A stretch of 64,000 nt of DNA from the NCBI GenBank assembly GCA_964016885.1, contig OZ024741.1, positions 255,316,001 through 255,380,000 on the forward strand. Direction: 5' to 3'. Position numbers and translations under genes: made by a program. Under the pieces are notes generated by a model, which did not search any database, was not told where the DNA came from, and was given only the letters and a program-made list of their open reading frames with translations. The stretch is from Eledone cirrhosa. Taxonomy: Eukaryota. Positions 13,201 through 25,200 of the stretch are shown here, in pieces (positions within the stretch are counted from its first letter, which is position 1; each line of letters opens with the position of its first letter).

Positions 13201-16200
13201 TTGTTGCTGTTTTCTCTGTCAGTGCCAGTGTTGTTGTTGCTGTTTTCTCTGTCAGTGCCAGTGTTGTTGTTGCTGTTTTCTGTGTCAGTGCCATTGTTAT
13301 TGCTGTTGTTGCTGTTTTCTCTGTCAGTGCCAGTGTTGTTGTTGCTGTTGTTGCTGTTGCTGTTTTCTCTGTCAGTGCCAGTGCTGTTGTAGTTGTTGCT
13401 GTTTTCTCTGTCAGTGCCAGTGTTGTAGTTGTTGCTGTTTTCTGTGTCAGTGCCAGTGTTGTTGTTGTTGCTGTTTTCTCTGTCAGTGCCAGTGTTGTTG
13501 TAGTTGTTGCTGTTTTCTCTGTCAGTGCCAGTGTTGTTGTAGTTGTTGCTGTTTTCTGTGTCAGTGCCAGTGTTGTTGTTGTTGCTGTTTTCTCTGTCAG
13601 TGCCAGTGTTGTTGTAGTTGTTGCTGTTTTCTGTGTCAGTGCCAGTGTTGTTGTAGTTGTTGCCGTTTTCTCTGTCAGTGCCAGTGTTGTTGTAGTTGTT
13701 GCTGTTTTCTGTGTCAGTGCCAGTGTTGTTGTTGCTGTTTTCTCTGTCAGTGCCAGTGTTGTTGTAGCTGTTGCTGTTTTCTCTGTCAGTGCCAGTGATG
13801 TTGTAGTTGTTGCTGTTTTCTCTGTCAGTGCCAGTGTTGTAGTTGTTGCTGTTTTCTGTGTCAGTGCCAGTGTTGTTGCTGTTGCTGTTTTCTCTGTCAG
13901 TGCCAGTGTTGTTGTAGTTGTTGCTGCTTTCTCTGTCAGTGCCAGTGTTGTTGTAGTTGTTGCTGTTTTCTGTGTCAGTGCCAGTGTTGTTGTTGTTGCT
14001 GTTTTCTCTGTCAGTGCCAGTGTTGTTGTAGTTTTTGCTGTTTTCTGTGTCAGTGCCAGTGTTGTTGTTGCTGTTTTCTGTGTCAGTGCCAGTGTTGTTG
14101 TTGTTGCTGTTTTCTCTGTCAGTGCCAGTGTTGTTGTTGCTGTTTTCTCTGTCAGTGCCAGTGTTGTTGTAGTTGTTGCTGTTTTCTCTGTCAGTGCCAG
14201 TGTTGTTGTAGTTGTTGCTGTTTTCTGTGTCAATGCCAGTGTTGTTGTTGTTGCTGTTTTCTCTGTCAGTGCCAGTGTTGTAGTTGTTGCTGTTTTCTCT
14301 GTCAGTGCCAGTGTTGTTGTAGTTGTTGCTGTTTTCTGTGTCAGTGCCAGTGTTGTTGCTGTTGTTGCTGTTTTCTGTGTCAGTGCCAGTGTTGTTGTTG
14401 TTGCTGTTTTCTCTGTCAGTGCCAGTGTTTTTGTTGTTGCTGTTTTCTGTGTCAGTGCCAGTGTTGTTCTAGTTGTTGCTGTTTTCTGTGTCAGTGCCAG
14501 TGTTGTTGTAGTTGTTGCTGTTTTCTCTGTCAGTGCCAGTGTTGTTGTAGTTGTTGCTGTTTTCTCTGTCAGTGCCAGTGTTGTTGTAGTTGTTGCTGTT
14601 TTCTGTGTCAGTGCCACTGTTGTTGTTGCTGTTTTCTGTGTCAGTGCCAGTGTTGTTGTTGTTGCTGTTTTCTCTGTCAGTGCCAGTGTTGTTGTTGCTG
14701 TTTTCTCTGTCAGTGCCAGTGTTGTTGTTGCTGTTTTCTGTGTCAGTGCCATTGTTATTGCTGTTGTTGCTGTTTTCTCTGTCAGTGCCAGTGTTGTTGT
14801 TGCTGTTGTTGCTGTTGCTGTTTTCTCTGTCAGTGCCAGTGCTGTTGTAGTTGTTGCTGTTTTCTCTGTCAGTGCCAGTGTTGTAGTTGTTGCTGTTTTC
14901 TGTGTCAGTGCCAGTGTTGTTGTTGTTGCTGTTTTCTCTGTCAGTGCCAGTGTTGTTGTAGTTGTTGCTGTTTTCTGTGTCAGTGCCAGTGTTGTTGTTG
15001 TTGCTGTTTTCTCTGTCAGTGCCAGTGTTGTTGTAGTTGTTGCTGTTTTCTGTGTCAGTGCCAGTGTTGTTGTAGTTGTTGCCGTTTTCTCTGTCAGTGC
15101 CAGTGTTGTTGTAGTTGTTGCTGTTTTCTGTGTCAGTGCCAGTGTTGTTGTTGCTGTTTTCTCTGTCAGTGCCAGTGTTGTTGTTGTTGTTGCTGTTTTC
15201 TCTGTCAGTGCCAGTGTTGTTGTTGTTGTTGCTGTTTTCTCTGTCAGTGCCAGTGTTGTTGTTGTTGCTATTTTCACTGTCAGTGCCAGTGTTGTTGTTG
15301 TTGCTATTTTCACTATCAGTGCCAGTGTTGTTGTTGTTGCTATTTTCACTGTCAGTGCCAGTGTTGTTGTTGTTACTGTTGCTGTTTTCTGTGTCAGTGC
15401 CAGTGTTGTTGTTGTTACTGTTGCTGTTTCCTGTGCCACTGCCAGTGTTATTGTTGCTGTTGTTGCTGTTTTGTCTGTCAGTGCCAGTGTTGTAGTTGTT
15501 GCTGTTTTCTCTGTCAGTGCCAGTGTTGTTGTAGTTGTTGCTGTTTTATGTGTCAGTGCCAGTGTTGTTGTTGTTGCTGTTTTCTGTGTCAGTGCCAGTG
15601 TTGTTGTTGTTGCTATTTTCACTGTCAGTGCCAGTGTTGTTGCTGTTGCTGTTTTCTCTGTCAGTGCCAGTGATGTTGTAGTTGTTGCTGTTTTCTGTGT
15701 TAGTGCCAGTGTTGTTGTAGTTGTTGCTGTTTTCTGTGTCAGTGCCAGTGTTGTTGCTGTTGCTGTTTTCTCTGTCAGTGCCAGTGTTGTTGTAGTTGTT
15801 GCTGTTTTCTGTGTTAGTGCCAGTGTTGTTGTAGTTGTTGCTGTTTTCTGTGTCAGTGACAGTGTTGTTGCTGTTGCTGTTTTCTGTGTCAGTGCCACTG
15901 TTGTTGTTGCTGTTTTCTGTGTCTGTGCCAGTGTTGTTGTTGTTGCTGTTTTCTCTGTCAGTGCCAGTGTTGTTGTTGCTGTTTTCTCTGTCAGTGTCAG
16001 TGTTGTTGTAGTTGTTGCTGTTTTTTGTGTCAGTGCCAGTGTTGTTATAGTTGTTGCTGTTTTCTCTGTCAGTGCCAGTGTTGTAGTTGTTGCTGTTTTC
16101 TCTGTCAGTGCCAGTGTTGTTGTAGTTGTTGCTGTTTTCTGTGTCAGTGCCAGTGTTGTTGTTGTTGCTGTTTTCTGTGTCAGTGTCAGTGTTGTTGTTG

Positions 16201-19200
16201 TTGCTATGTTCACTGTCAGTGCCAGTGTTGTTGCTGTTGCTGTTTTCTCTGTCAGTGCCAGTGATGTTGTAGTTGTTGCTGTTTTCTGTGTTAGTGCCAG
16301 TGTTGTTGTAGTTGTTGCTGCTTTCTGTGTCAGTGCCAGTGTTGTTGCTGTTGCTGTTTTCTTTGTCAATGCCAGTGTTGTTGTAGTTGTTGCTGCTTTC
16401 TCTGTCAGTGCCAGTGTTGTTGTAGTTGTTGCTGTTTTCTGTGTCAGTGCCAGTGTTGTTGTAGTTGTTGCTGTTTTCTGTGTCAGTGCCAGTGTTGTTG
16501 TTGTTGATGTTTTCTCTGTCAGTGCCAGTGTTGTTGTAGTTGTTGCTGTTTTCTGTGTCAGTGCCACTGTTGTTGTTGCTGTTTTCTCTGTCAGTGCCAG
16601 TGTTGTTGCTGTTGCTATTTTCACTGTCAGTGCCAGTGTTGTTGTTGTTGCTGTTTTCTGTGTCAGTGCCAGTGTTGTTGTTGTTGCTGTTTTCTTTGTC
16701 AGTGCCAGTGTTGTTGTTGTTACTGTTGCTGTTTTCTGTGTCAGTTCCAGTGTTGCTGTTGCTGTTTTCTGTGCCAGTGCCAGTGTTATTGTTGCTGTTG
16801 TTGTTGTTTTCTGTGTCAGTGCCACGGTTGTTGTTGCTGTTGTTGCTGTTTTCTGTGTCAGTGTCAGTGTTGTTGTTGCTGTTTTCTGTGTCAGTGCCAG
16901 TGTTGTTGTTGCTGTTGTTGCTGTTTTCTGTGCCAGTGTTGTTGTAGTTGTTGCTGTTTTGTGTGTCAGTGCCGGTGTTGTTGTTGTTGCTGTTTTCTCT
17001 GTCAGTGCCAGTGTTGTTGTTGTTGCTGTTTTCTCTGTCAGTGCCAGTGTTGTTGTTGTTGCTGTTTTCTGTGTCAGTGCCAGTGTTGTTGTAGTTGTTG
17101 CTGTTTTCTGTGTCAGTGCCAGTGTTGTTGTAGTTGTTGCTGTTTTCTGTGTCAGTGCCAGTGTTGTTGTAGTTGTTGCTGTTTTCTCTGTCAGTGCCAG
17201 TGTTGTTGTAGTTGTTGCTGTTTTCTCTGTCAGTGCCAGTGTTGTTGTAGTTGTTGATGTTTTCTGTGTCAATGCCAGTGTTGTTGTTGTTGCTGTTTTC
17301 TCTGTCAGTGCCAGTGTTGTAGTTGTTGCTGTTTTCTCTGTCAGTGCCAGTGTTGTAGTTGTTGCTGTTTTCTGTGTCAGTGCCAGTGTTGTTGCTGTTG
17401 TTGCTGTTTTCTGTGTCAGTGCCAGTGTTGTTGTTGTTGCTGTTTTCTCTGTCAGTGCCAGTGTTTTTGTTGTTGCTGTTTTCTGTGTCAGTGCCAGTGT
17501 TGTTCTAGTTGTTGCTGTTTTCTGTGTCAGTGCCAGTGTTGTTGTAGTTGTTGCTGTTTTCTCTGTCAGTGCCAGTGTTGTTGTAGTTGTTGCTGTTTTC
17601 TCTGTCAGTGCCAGTGTTGTTGTAGTTGTTGCTGTTTTCTGTGTCAGTGCCAGTGTTGTTGTTGTTGCTGTTTTCTCTGTCAGTGCCAGTGTTGTTGTAG
17701 TTGTTGCTGTTTTCTGTGTCAGTGCCACTGTTGTTGTTGCTGTTTTCTCTGTCAGTGCCAGTGTTGTTGTAGTTGTTGCTGTTTTCTGTGTCAGTGCCAG
17801 TGTTGTTGTTGTTGCTGTTTTCTCTGTCAGTGCCAGTGATGTTGTAGTTGTTGCTGTTTTCTGTGTTAGTGCCAGTGTTGTTGTAGTTGTTGCTGTTTTC
17901 TGTGTCAGTGCCAGTGTTGTTGCTGTTGCTGTTTTCTCTGTCAGTGTCAGTGTTGTTGTAGTTGTTGCTGCTTTCTCTGTCAGTGCCAGTGTTGTTGTAG
18001 TTGTTGCTGTTTTCTGTGTCAGTGCCAGTGTTGTTGTTGTTGCTGTTTTCTCTGTCAGTGCCAGTGTTGTTGTAGTTGTTGCTGTTTTCTGTGTCAGTGC
18101 CACTGTTGTTGTTGCTGTTTTCTCTGTCAGTGCCAGTGTTGTTGTAGTTTTTGCTGTTTTCTGTGTCAGTGCCAGTGTTGTTTTTGCTGTTTTCTGTGTC
18201 AGTGCCAGTGTTGTTGTTGTTGCTGTTTTCTCTGTCAGTGCCAGTGTTGTTGCTGTTGCTGTTTTCTGTGTCAGTGCCAGTGTTGTTGTTGTTGCTGTTT
18301 TCTTTGTCAATGCCAGTGTTGTTGTTGTTACTGTTGCTGTTTTCTGTGTCAGTGCCAGTGTTGTTGTAGTTGTTGCTGTTTTCTGTGCCAGTGCCAGTGT
18401 TATTGTTGCTGTTGTTGCTGTTTTCTGTGTCAGTGCCACAGTTGTTGCTGTTGTTGCTGTTTTCTGTGTCAGTGCCAGTGTTGTTGTTGCTGTTTTCTGT
18501 GTCAGTGCCAGTGTTGTTGTTGCTGTTGTTGCTGTTTTCTGTGCCAGTGTTGTTGTAGTTGTTGCTGTTTTCTGTGTCAGTGCCAGTGTTGTTGTTGTTG
18601 CTGTTTTCTCTGTCAGTGCCAGTGTTGTTGTTGCTGTTTTCTGTGTCAGTGACATTGTTATTGCTGTTGTTGCTGTTTTCTCTGTCAGTGCCAGTGTTGT
18701 TGTTGCTGTTGCTGTTTTCTCTGTCAGTGCCAGTGTTGTTGTAGTTGTTGCTATTTTCTCTGTCAGTGCCAGTGTTGTAGTTGTTGCTGTTTTCTGTGTC
18801 AGTGCCAGTGTTGTTGTTGTTGCTGTTTTCTCTGTCAGTACCAGTGTTGTTGTAGTTGTTGCTGTTTTCTCTGTCAGTGCCAGTGTTGTTGTAGTTGTTG
18901 CTGTTTTCTGTGTCAGTGCCAGTGTTGTTGTTGTTGCTGTTTTCTCTGTCAGTGCCAGTGTTGTTGTAGTTGTTGCTGTTTTCTGTGTCAGTGCCAGTGT
19001 TGTTGTAGTTGTTGCCGTTTTCTCTGTCAGTGCCAGTGTTGTTGTAGTTGTTGCTGTTTTCTGTGTCAGTGCCAGTGTTGTTGTTGCTGTTTTCTCTGTC
19101 AGTGCCAGTGTTGTTGTAGTTGTTGCTGTTTTCTCTGTCAGTGCCAGTTTTGTTGTAGTTTTTGCTGTTTTCTGTGTCAGTGCCAGTGTTGTTGTAGTTG

Positions 19201-22200
19201 TTGCTGTTTTCTTTGTCAGTGGCAGTGTTGTTGTTGTTGCTGTTTTCTCTGTCAGTGCCAGTGTTGTAGTTGTTGCTGTTTTCTCTGTCAGTGCCAGTGT
19301 TGTTGTTGTTGTTGCTGTTTTCTCTGTCAGTGCCAGTGTTGTTGTTGTTGCTATTTTCACTGTCAGTGCCAGTGTTGTTGTTGTTGCTATTTTCACTGTC
19401 AGTGCCAGTGTTGTTGTTGTTGCTATTTTCACTGTCAGTGCCAGTGTTGTTGTTGTTACTGTTGCTGTTTTCTGTGTCAGTGCCAGTGTTGTTGTTGTTA
19501 CTGTTGCTGTTTCCTGTGCCACTGCCAGTGTTATTGTTGCTGTTGTTGCTGTTTTGTCTGTCAGTGCCAGTGTTGTAGTTGTTGCTGTTTTCTCTGACAC
19601 TGCCAGTGTTGTTGTAGTTGTTGCTGTTTTATGTGTCAGTGCCAGTGTTGTTGTTGTTGCTGTTTTCTGTGTCAGTGCCAGTGTTGTTGTAGTTGTTGCT
19701 GTTTTCTGTGTTAGTGCCAGTGTTGTTGTAGTTGTTGCTGTTTTCTGTGTCAGTGACAGTGTTGTTGCTGTTGCTGTTTTCTGTGTCAGTGCCACTGTTG
19801 TTGTTGCTGTTTTCTGTGTCTGTGCCAGTGTTGTTGTTGTTGCTGTTTTCTCTGTCAGTGCCAGTGTTGTTGTTGCTGTTTTCTCTGTCAGTGTCAGTGT
19901 TGTTGTAGTTGTTGCTGTTTTTTGTGTCAGTGCCAGTGTTGTTATAGTTGTTGCTGTTTTCTCTGTCAGTGCCAGTGTTGTAGTTGTTGCTGTTTTCTCT
20001 GTCAGTGCCAGTGTTGTTGTAGTTGTTGCTGTTTTCTGTGTCAGTGCCAGTGTTGTTGTTGTTGCTGTTTTCTGTGTCAGTGCCAGTGTTGTTGTTGTTG
20101 CTATGTTCACTGTCAGTGCCAGTGTTGTTGCTGTTGCTGTTTTCTCTGTCAGTGCCAGTGATGTTGTAGTTGTTGCTGTTTTCTGTGTTAGTGCCAGTGT
20201 TGTTGTAGTTGTTGCTGCTTTCTGTGTCAGTGCCAGTGTTGTTGCTGTTGCTGTTTTCTTTGTCAATGCCAGTGTTGTTGTAGTTGTTGCTGCTTTCTCT
20301 GTCAGTGCCAGTGTTGTTGTAGTTGTTGCTGTTTTCTGTGTCAGTGCCAGTGTTGTTGTAGTTGTTGCTGTTTTCTGTGTCAGTGCCAGTGTTGTTGTTG
20401 TTGATGTTTTCTCTGTCAGTGCCAGTGTTGTTGTAGTTGTTGCTGTTTTCTGTGTCAGTGCCACTGTTGTTGTTGCTGTTTTCTCTGTCAGTGCCAGTGT
20501 TGTTGCTGTTGCTATTTTCACTGTCAGTGCCAGTGTTGTTGTTGTTGCTGTTTTCTGTGTCAGTGCCAGTGTTGTTGTTGTTGCTGTTTTCTTTGTCAGT
20601 GCCAGTGTTGTTGTTGTTACTGTTGCTGTTTTCTGTGTCAGTTCCAGTGTTGCTGTTGCTGTTTTCTGTGCCAGTGCCAGTGTTATTGTTGCTGTTGTTG
20701 TTGTTTTCTGTGTCAGTGCCACGGTTGTTGTTGCTGTTGTTGCTGTTTTCTGTGTCAGTGTCAGTGTTGTTGTTGCTGTTTTCTGTGTCAGTGCCAGTGT
20801 TGTTGTTGCTGTTGTTGCTGTTTTCTGTGCCAGTGTTGTTGTAGTTGTTGCTGTTTTGTGTGTCAGTGCCGGTGTTGTTGTTGTTGCTGTTTTCTCTGTC
20901 AGTGCCAGTGTTGTTGTTGTTGCTGTTTTCTCTGTCAGTGCCAGTGTTGTTGTTGTTGCTGTTTTCTGTGTCAGTGCCAGTGTTGTTGTAGTTGTTGCTG
21001 TTTTCTGTGTCAGTGCCAGTGTTGTTGTAGTTGTTGCTGTTTTCTGTGTCAGTGCCAGTGTTGTTGTAGTTGTTGCTGTTTTCTCTGTCAGTGCCAGTGT
21101 TGTTGTAGTTGTTGCTGTTTTCTCTGTCAGTGCCAGTGTTGTTGTAGTTGTTGATGTTTTCTGTGTCAATGCCAGTGTTGTTGTTGTTGCTGTTTTCTCT
21201 GTCAGTGCCAGTGTTGTAGTTGTTGCTGTTTTCTCTGTCAGTGCCAGTGTTGTAGTTGTTGCTGTTTTCTGTGTCAGTGCCAGTGTTGTTGCTGTTGTTG
21301 CTGTTTTCTGTGTCAGTGCCAGTGTTGTTGTTGTTGCTGTTTTCTCTGTCAGTGCCAGTGTTTTTGTTGTTGCTGTTTTCTGTGTCAGTGCCAGTGTTGT
21401 TCTAGTTGTTGCTGTTTTCTGTGTCAGTGCCAGTGTTGTTGTAGTTGTTGCTGTTTTCTCTGTCAGTGCCAGTGTTGTTGTAGTTGTTGCTGTTTTCTCT
21501 GTCAGTGCCAGTGTTGTTGTAGTTGTTGCTGTTTTCTGTGTCAGTGCCAGTGTTGTTGTTGTTGCTGTTTTCTCTGTCAGTGCCAGTGTTGTTGTAGTTG
21601 TTGCTGTTTTCTGTGTCAGTGCCACTGTTGTTGTTGCTGTTTTCTCTGTCAGTGCCAGTGTTGTTGTAGTTGTTGCTGTTTTCTGTGTCAGTGCCAGTGT
21701 TGTTGTTGTTGCTGTTTTCTCTGTCAGTGCCAGTGATGTTGTAGTTGTTGCTGTTTTCTGTGTTAGTGCCAGTGTTGTTGTAGTTGTTGCTGTTTTCTGT
21801 GTCAGTGCCAGTGTTGTTGCTGTTGCTGTTTTCTCTGTCAGTGTCAGTGTTGTTGTAGTTGTTGCTGCTTTCTCTGTCAGTGCCAGTGTTGTTGTAGTTG
21901 TTGCTGTTTTCTGTGTCAGTGCCAGTGTTGTTGTTGTTGCTGTTTTCTCTGTCAGTGCCAGTGTTGTTGTAGTTGTTGCTGTTTTCTGTGTCAGTGCCAC
22001 TGTTGTTGTTGCTGTTTTCTCTGTCAGTGCCAGTGTTGTTGTAGTTTTTGCTGTTTTCTGTGTCAGTGCCAGTGTTGTTTTTGCTGTTTTCTGTGTCAGT
22101 GCCAGTGTTGTTGTTGTTGCTGTTTTCTCTGTCAGTGCCAGTGTTGTTGCTGTTGCTATTTTCACTGTCAGTGCCAGTGTTGTTGTTGTTGCTGTTTTCT

Positions 22201-25200
22201 GTGTCAGTGCCAGTGTTGTTGTTGTTGCTGTTTTCTTTGTCAATGCCAGTGTTGTTGTTGTTACTGTTGCTGTTTTCTGTGTCAGTGCCAGTGTTGTTGT
22301 AGTTGTTGCTGTTTTCTGTGCCAGTGCCAGTGTTATTGTTGCTGTTGTTGCTGTTTTCTGTGTCAGTGCCACAGTTGTTGCTGTTGTTGCTGTTTTCTGT
22401 GTCAGTGCCAGTGTTGTTGTTGCTGTTTTCTGTGTCAGTGCCAGTGTTGTTGTTGCTGTTGTTGCTGTTTTCTGTGCCAGTGTTGTTGTAGTTGTTGCTG
22501 TTTTCTGTGTCAGTGCCAGTGTTGTTGTTGTTGCTGTTTTCTCTGTCAGTGCCAGTGTTGTTGTTGCTGTTTTCTGTGTCAGTGACATTGTTATTGCTGT
22601 TGTTGCTGTTTTCTCTGTCAGTGCCAGTGTTGTTGTTGCTGTTGCTGTTTTCTCTGTCAGTGCCAGTGTTGTTGTAGTTGTTGCTGTTTTCTCTGTCAGT
22701 GCCAGTGTTGTAGTTGTTGCTGTTTTCTGTGTCAGTGCCAGTGTTGTTGTTGTTGCTGTTTTCTCTGTCAGTGCCAGTGTTGTTGTAGTTGTGGCTGTTT
22801 TCTCTGTCAGTGCCAGTGTTGTTGTAGTTGTTGCTGTTTTCTGTGTCAGTGCCAGTGTTGTTGTTGTTGCTGTTTTCTCTGTCAGTGCCAGTGTTGTTGT
22901 AGTTGTTGCTGTTTTCTGTGTCAGTGCCAGTGTTGTTGTAGTTGTTGCCGTTTTCTCTGTCAGTGCCAGTGTTGTTGTAGTTGTTGCTGTTTTCTGTGTC
23001 AGTGCCAGTGTTGTTGTTGCTGTTTTCTCTGTCAGTGCCAGTGTTGTTGTAGTTGTTGCTGTTTTCTCTGTCAGTGCCAGTTTTGTTGTAGTTTTTGCTG
23101 TTTTCTGTGTCAGTGCCAGTGTTGTTGTAGTTGTTGCTGTTTTCTTTGTCAGTGGCAGTGTTGTTGTTGTTGCTGTTTTCTCTGTCAGTGCCAGTGTTGT
23201 AGTTGTTGCTGTTTTCTCTGTCAGTGCCAGTGTTGTTGTTGTTGTTGCTGTTTTCTCTGTCAGTGCCAGTGTTGTTGTTGTTGCTATTTTCACTGTCAGT
23301 GCCAGTGTTGTTGTTGTTGCTATTTTCACTGTCAGTGCCAGTGTTGTTGTTGTTGCTATTTTCACTGTCAGTGCCAGTGTTGTTGTTGTTACTGTTGCTG
23401 TTTTCTGTGTCAGTGCCAGTGTTGTTGTTGTTACTGTTGCTGTTTCCTGTGCCACTGCCAGTGTTATTGTTGCTGTTGTTGCTGTTTTGTCTGTCAGTGC
23501 CAGTGTTGTAGTTGTTGCTGTTTTCTCTGACACTGCCAGTGTTGTTGTAGTTGTTGCTGTTTTATGTGTCAGTGCCAGTGTTGTTGTTGTTGCTGTTTTC
23601 TGTGTCAGTGCCAGTGTTGTTGTTGTTGCTATTTTCACTGTCAGTGCCAGTGTTGTTGCTGTTGCTGTTTTCTCTGTCAGTGCCAGTGATGTTGTAGTTG
23701 TTGCTGTTTTCTGTGTTAGTGCCAGTGTTGTTGTAGTTGTTGCTGTTTTCTGTGTCAGTGCCAGTGTTGTTGCTGTTGCTGTTTTCTCTGTCAGTGCCAG
23801 TGTTGTTGTAGTTGTTGCTGTTTTCTGTGTCAGTGCCACTGTTGTTGTTGCTGTTTTCTGTGTCTGTGCCAGTGTTGTTGCTGTTTTCTCTGTCAGTGCC
23901 AGTGTTGTTGTTGCTGTTTTCTCTGTCAGTGTCAGTGTTGTTGTAGTTGTTGCTGTTTTTTGTGTCAGTGCCAGTGTTGTTATAGTTGTTGCTGTTTTCT
24001 CTGTCAGTGCCAGTGTTGTTGTTGTTGTTGCTGTTTTCTCTGTCAGTGCCAGTGTTGTAGTTGTTGCTGTTTTCTCTGTCAGTGCCAGTGTTGTTGTAGT
24101 TGTTGCTGTTTTCTGTGTCAGTGCCAGTGTTGTTGTTGTTGCTGTTTTCTGTGACAGTGCCAGTGTTGTTGTTGTTGCTATTTTCACTGTCAGTGCCAGT
24201 GTTGTTGCTGTTGCTGTTTTCTCTGTCAGTGCCAGTGATGTTGTAGTTGTTGCTGTTTTCTGTGTTAGTGCCAGTGTTGTTGTAGTTGTTGCTGCTTTCT
24301 GTGTCAGTGCCAGTGTTGTTGCTGTTGCTGTTTTCTTTGTCAATGCCAGTGTTGTTGTAGTTGTTGCTGCTTTCTCTGTCAGTGCCAGTGTTGTTGTAGT
24401 TGTTGCTGTTTTCTGTGTCAGTGCCAGTGTTGTTGTAGTTGTTGCTGTTTTCTGTGTCAGTGCCAGTGTTGTTGTTGTTGATGTTTTCTCTGTCAGTGCC
24501 AGTGTTGTTGTAGTTGTTGCTGTTTTCTGTGTCAGTGCCACTGTTGTTATTGCTGTTTTCTCTGTCAGTGCCAGTGTTGTTGCTGTTGCTATTTTCACTG
24601 TCAGTGCCAGTGTTGTTGTTGTTGCTGTTTTCTGTGTCAGTGCCAGTGTTGTTGTTGTTGCTGTTTTCTTTGTCAGTGCCAGTGTTGTTGTTGTTACTGT
24701 TGCTGTTTTCTGTGTCAGTTCCAGTGTTGCTGTTGCTGTTTTCTGTGCCAGTGCCAGTGTTATTGTTGCTGTTGTTGTTGTTTTCTGTGTCAGTGCCACG
24801 ATTGTTGTTGCTGTTGTTGCTGTTTTCTGTGTCAGTGTCAGTGTTGTTGTTGCTGTTTTCTGTGTCAGTGCCAGTGTTGTTGTTGCTGTTTTCTGTGCCA
24901 GTGTTGTTGTAGTTGTTGCTGTTTTGTGTGTCAGTGCCGGTGTTGTTGTTGTTGCTGTTTTCTCTGTCAGTGCCAGTGTTGTTGTTGTTGCTGTTTTCTC
25001 TGTCAGTGCCAGTGTTGTTGTTGTTGCTGTTTTCTGTGTCAGTGCCAGTGTTGTTGTAGTTGTTGCTGTTTTCTGTGTCAGTGCCAGTGTTGTTGTAGTT
25101 GTTGCTGTTTTCTGCGTCAGTGCCAGTGTTGTTGTAGTTGTTGCTGTTTTCTCTGTCAGTGCCAGTGTTGTTGTAGTTGTTGCTGTTTTCTCTGTCAGTG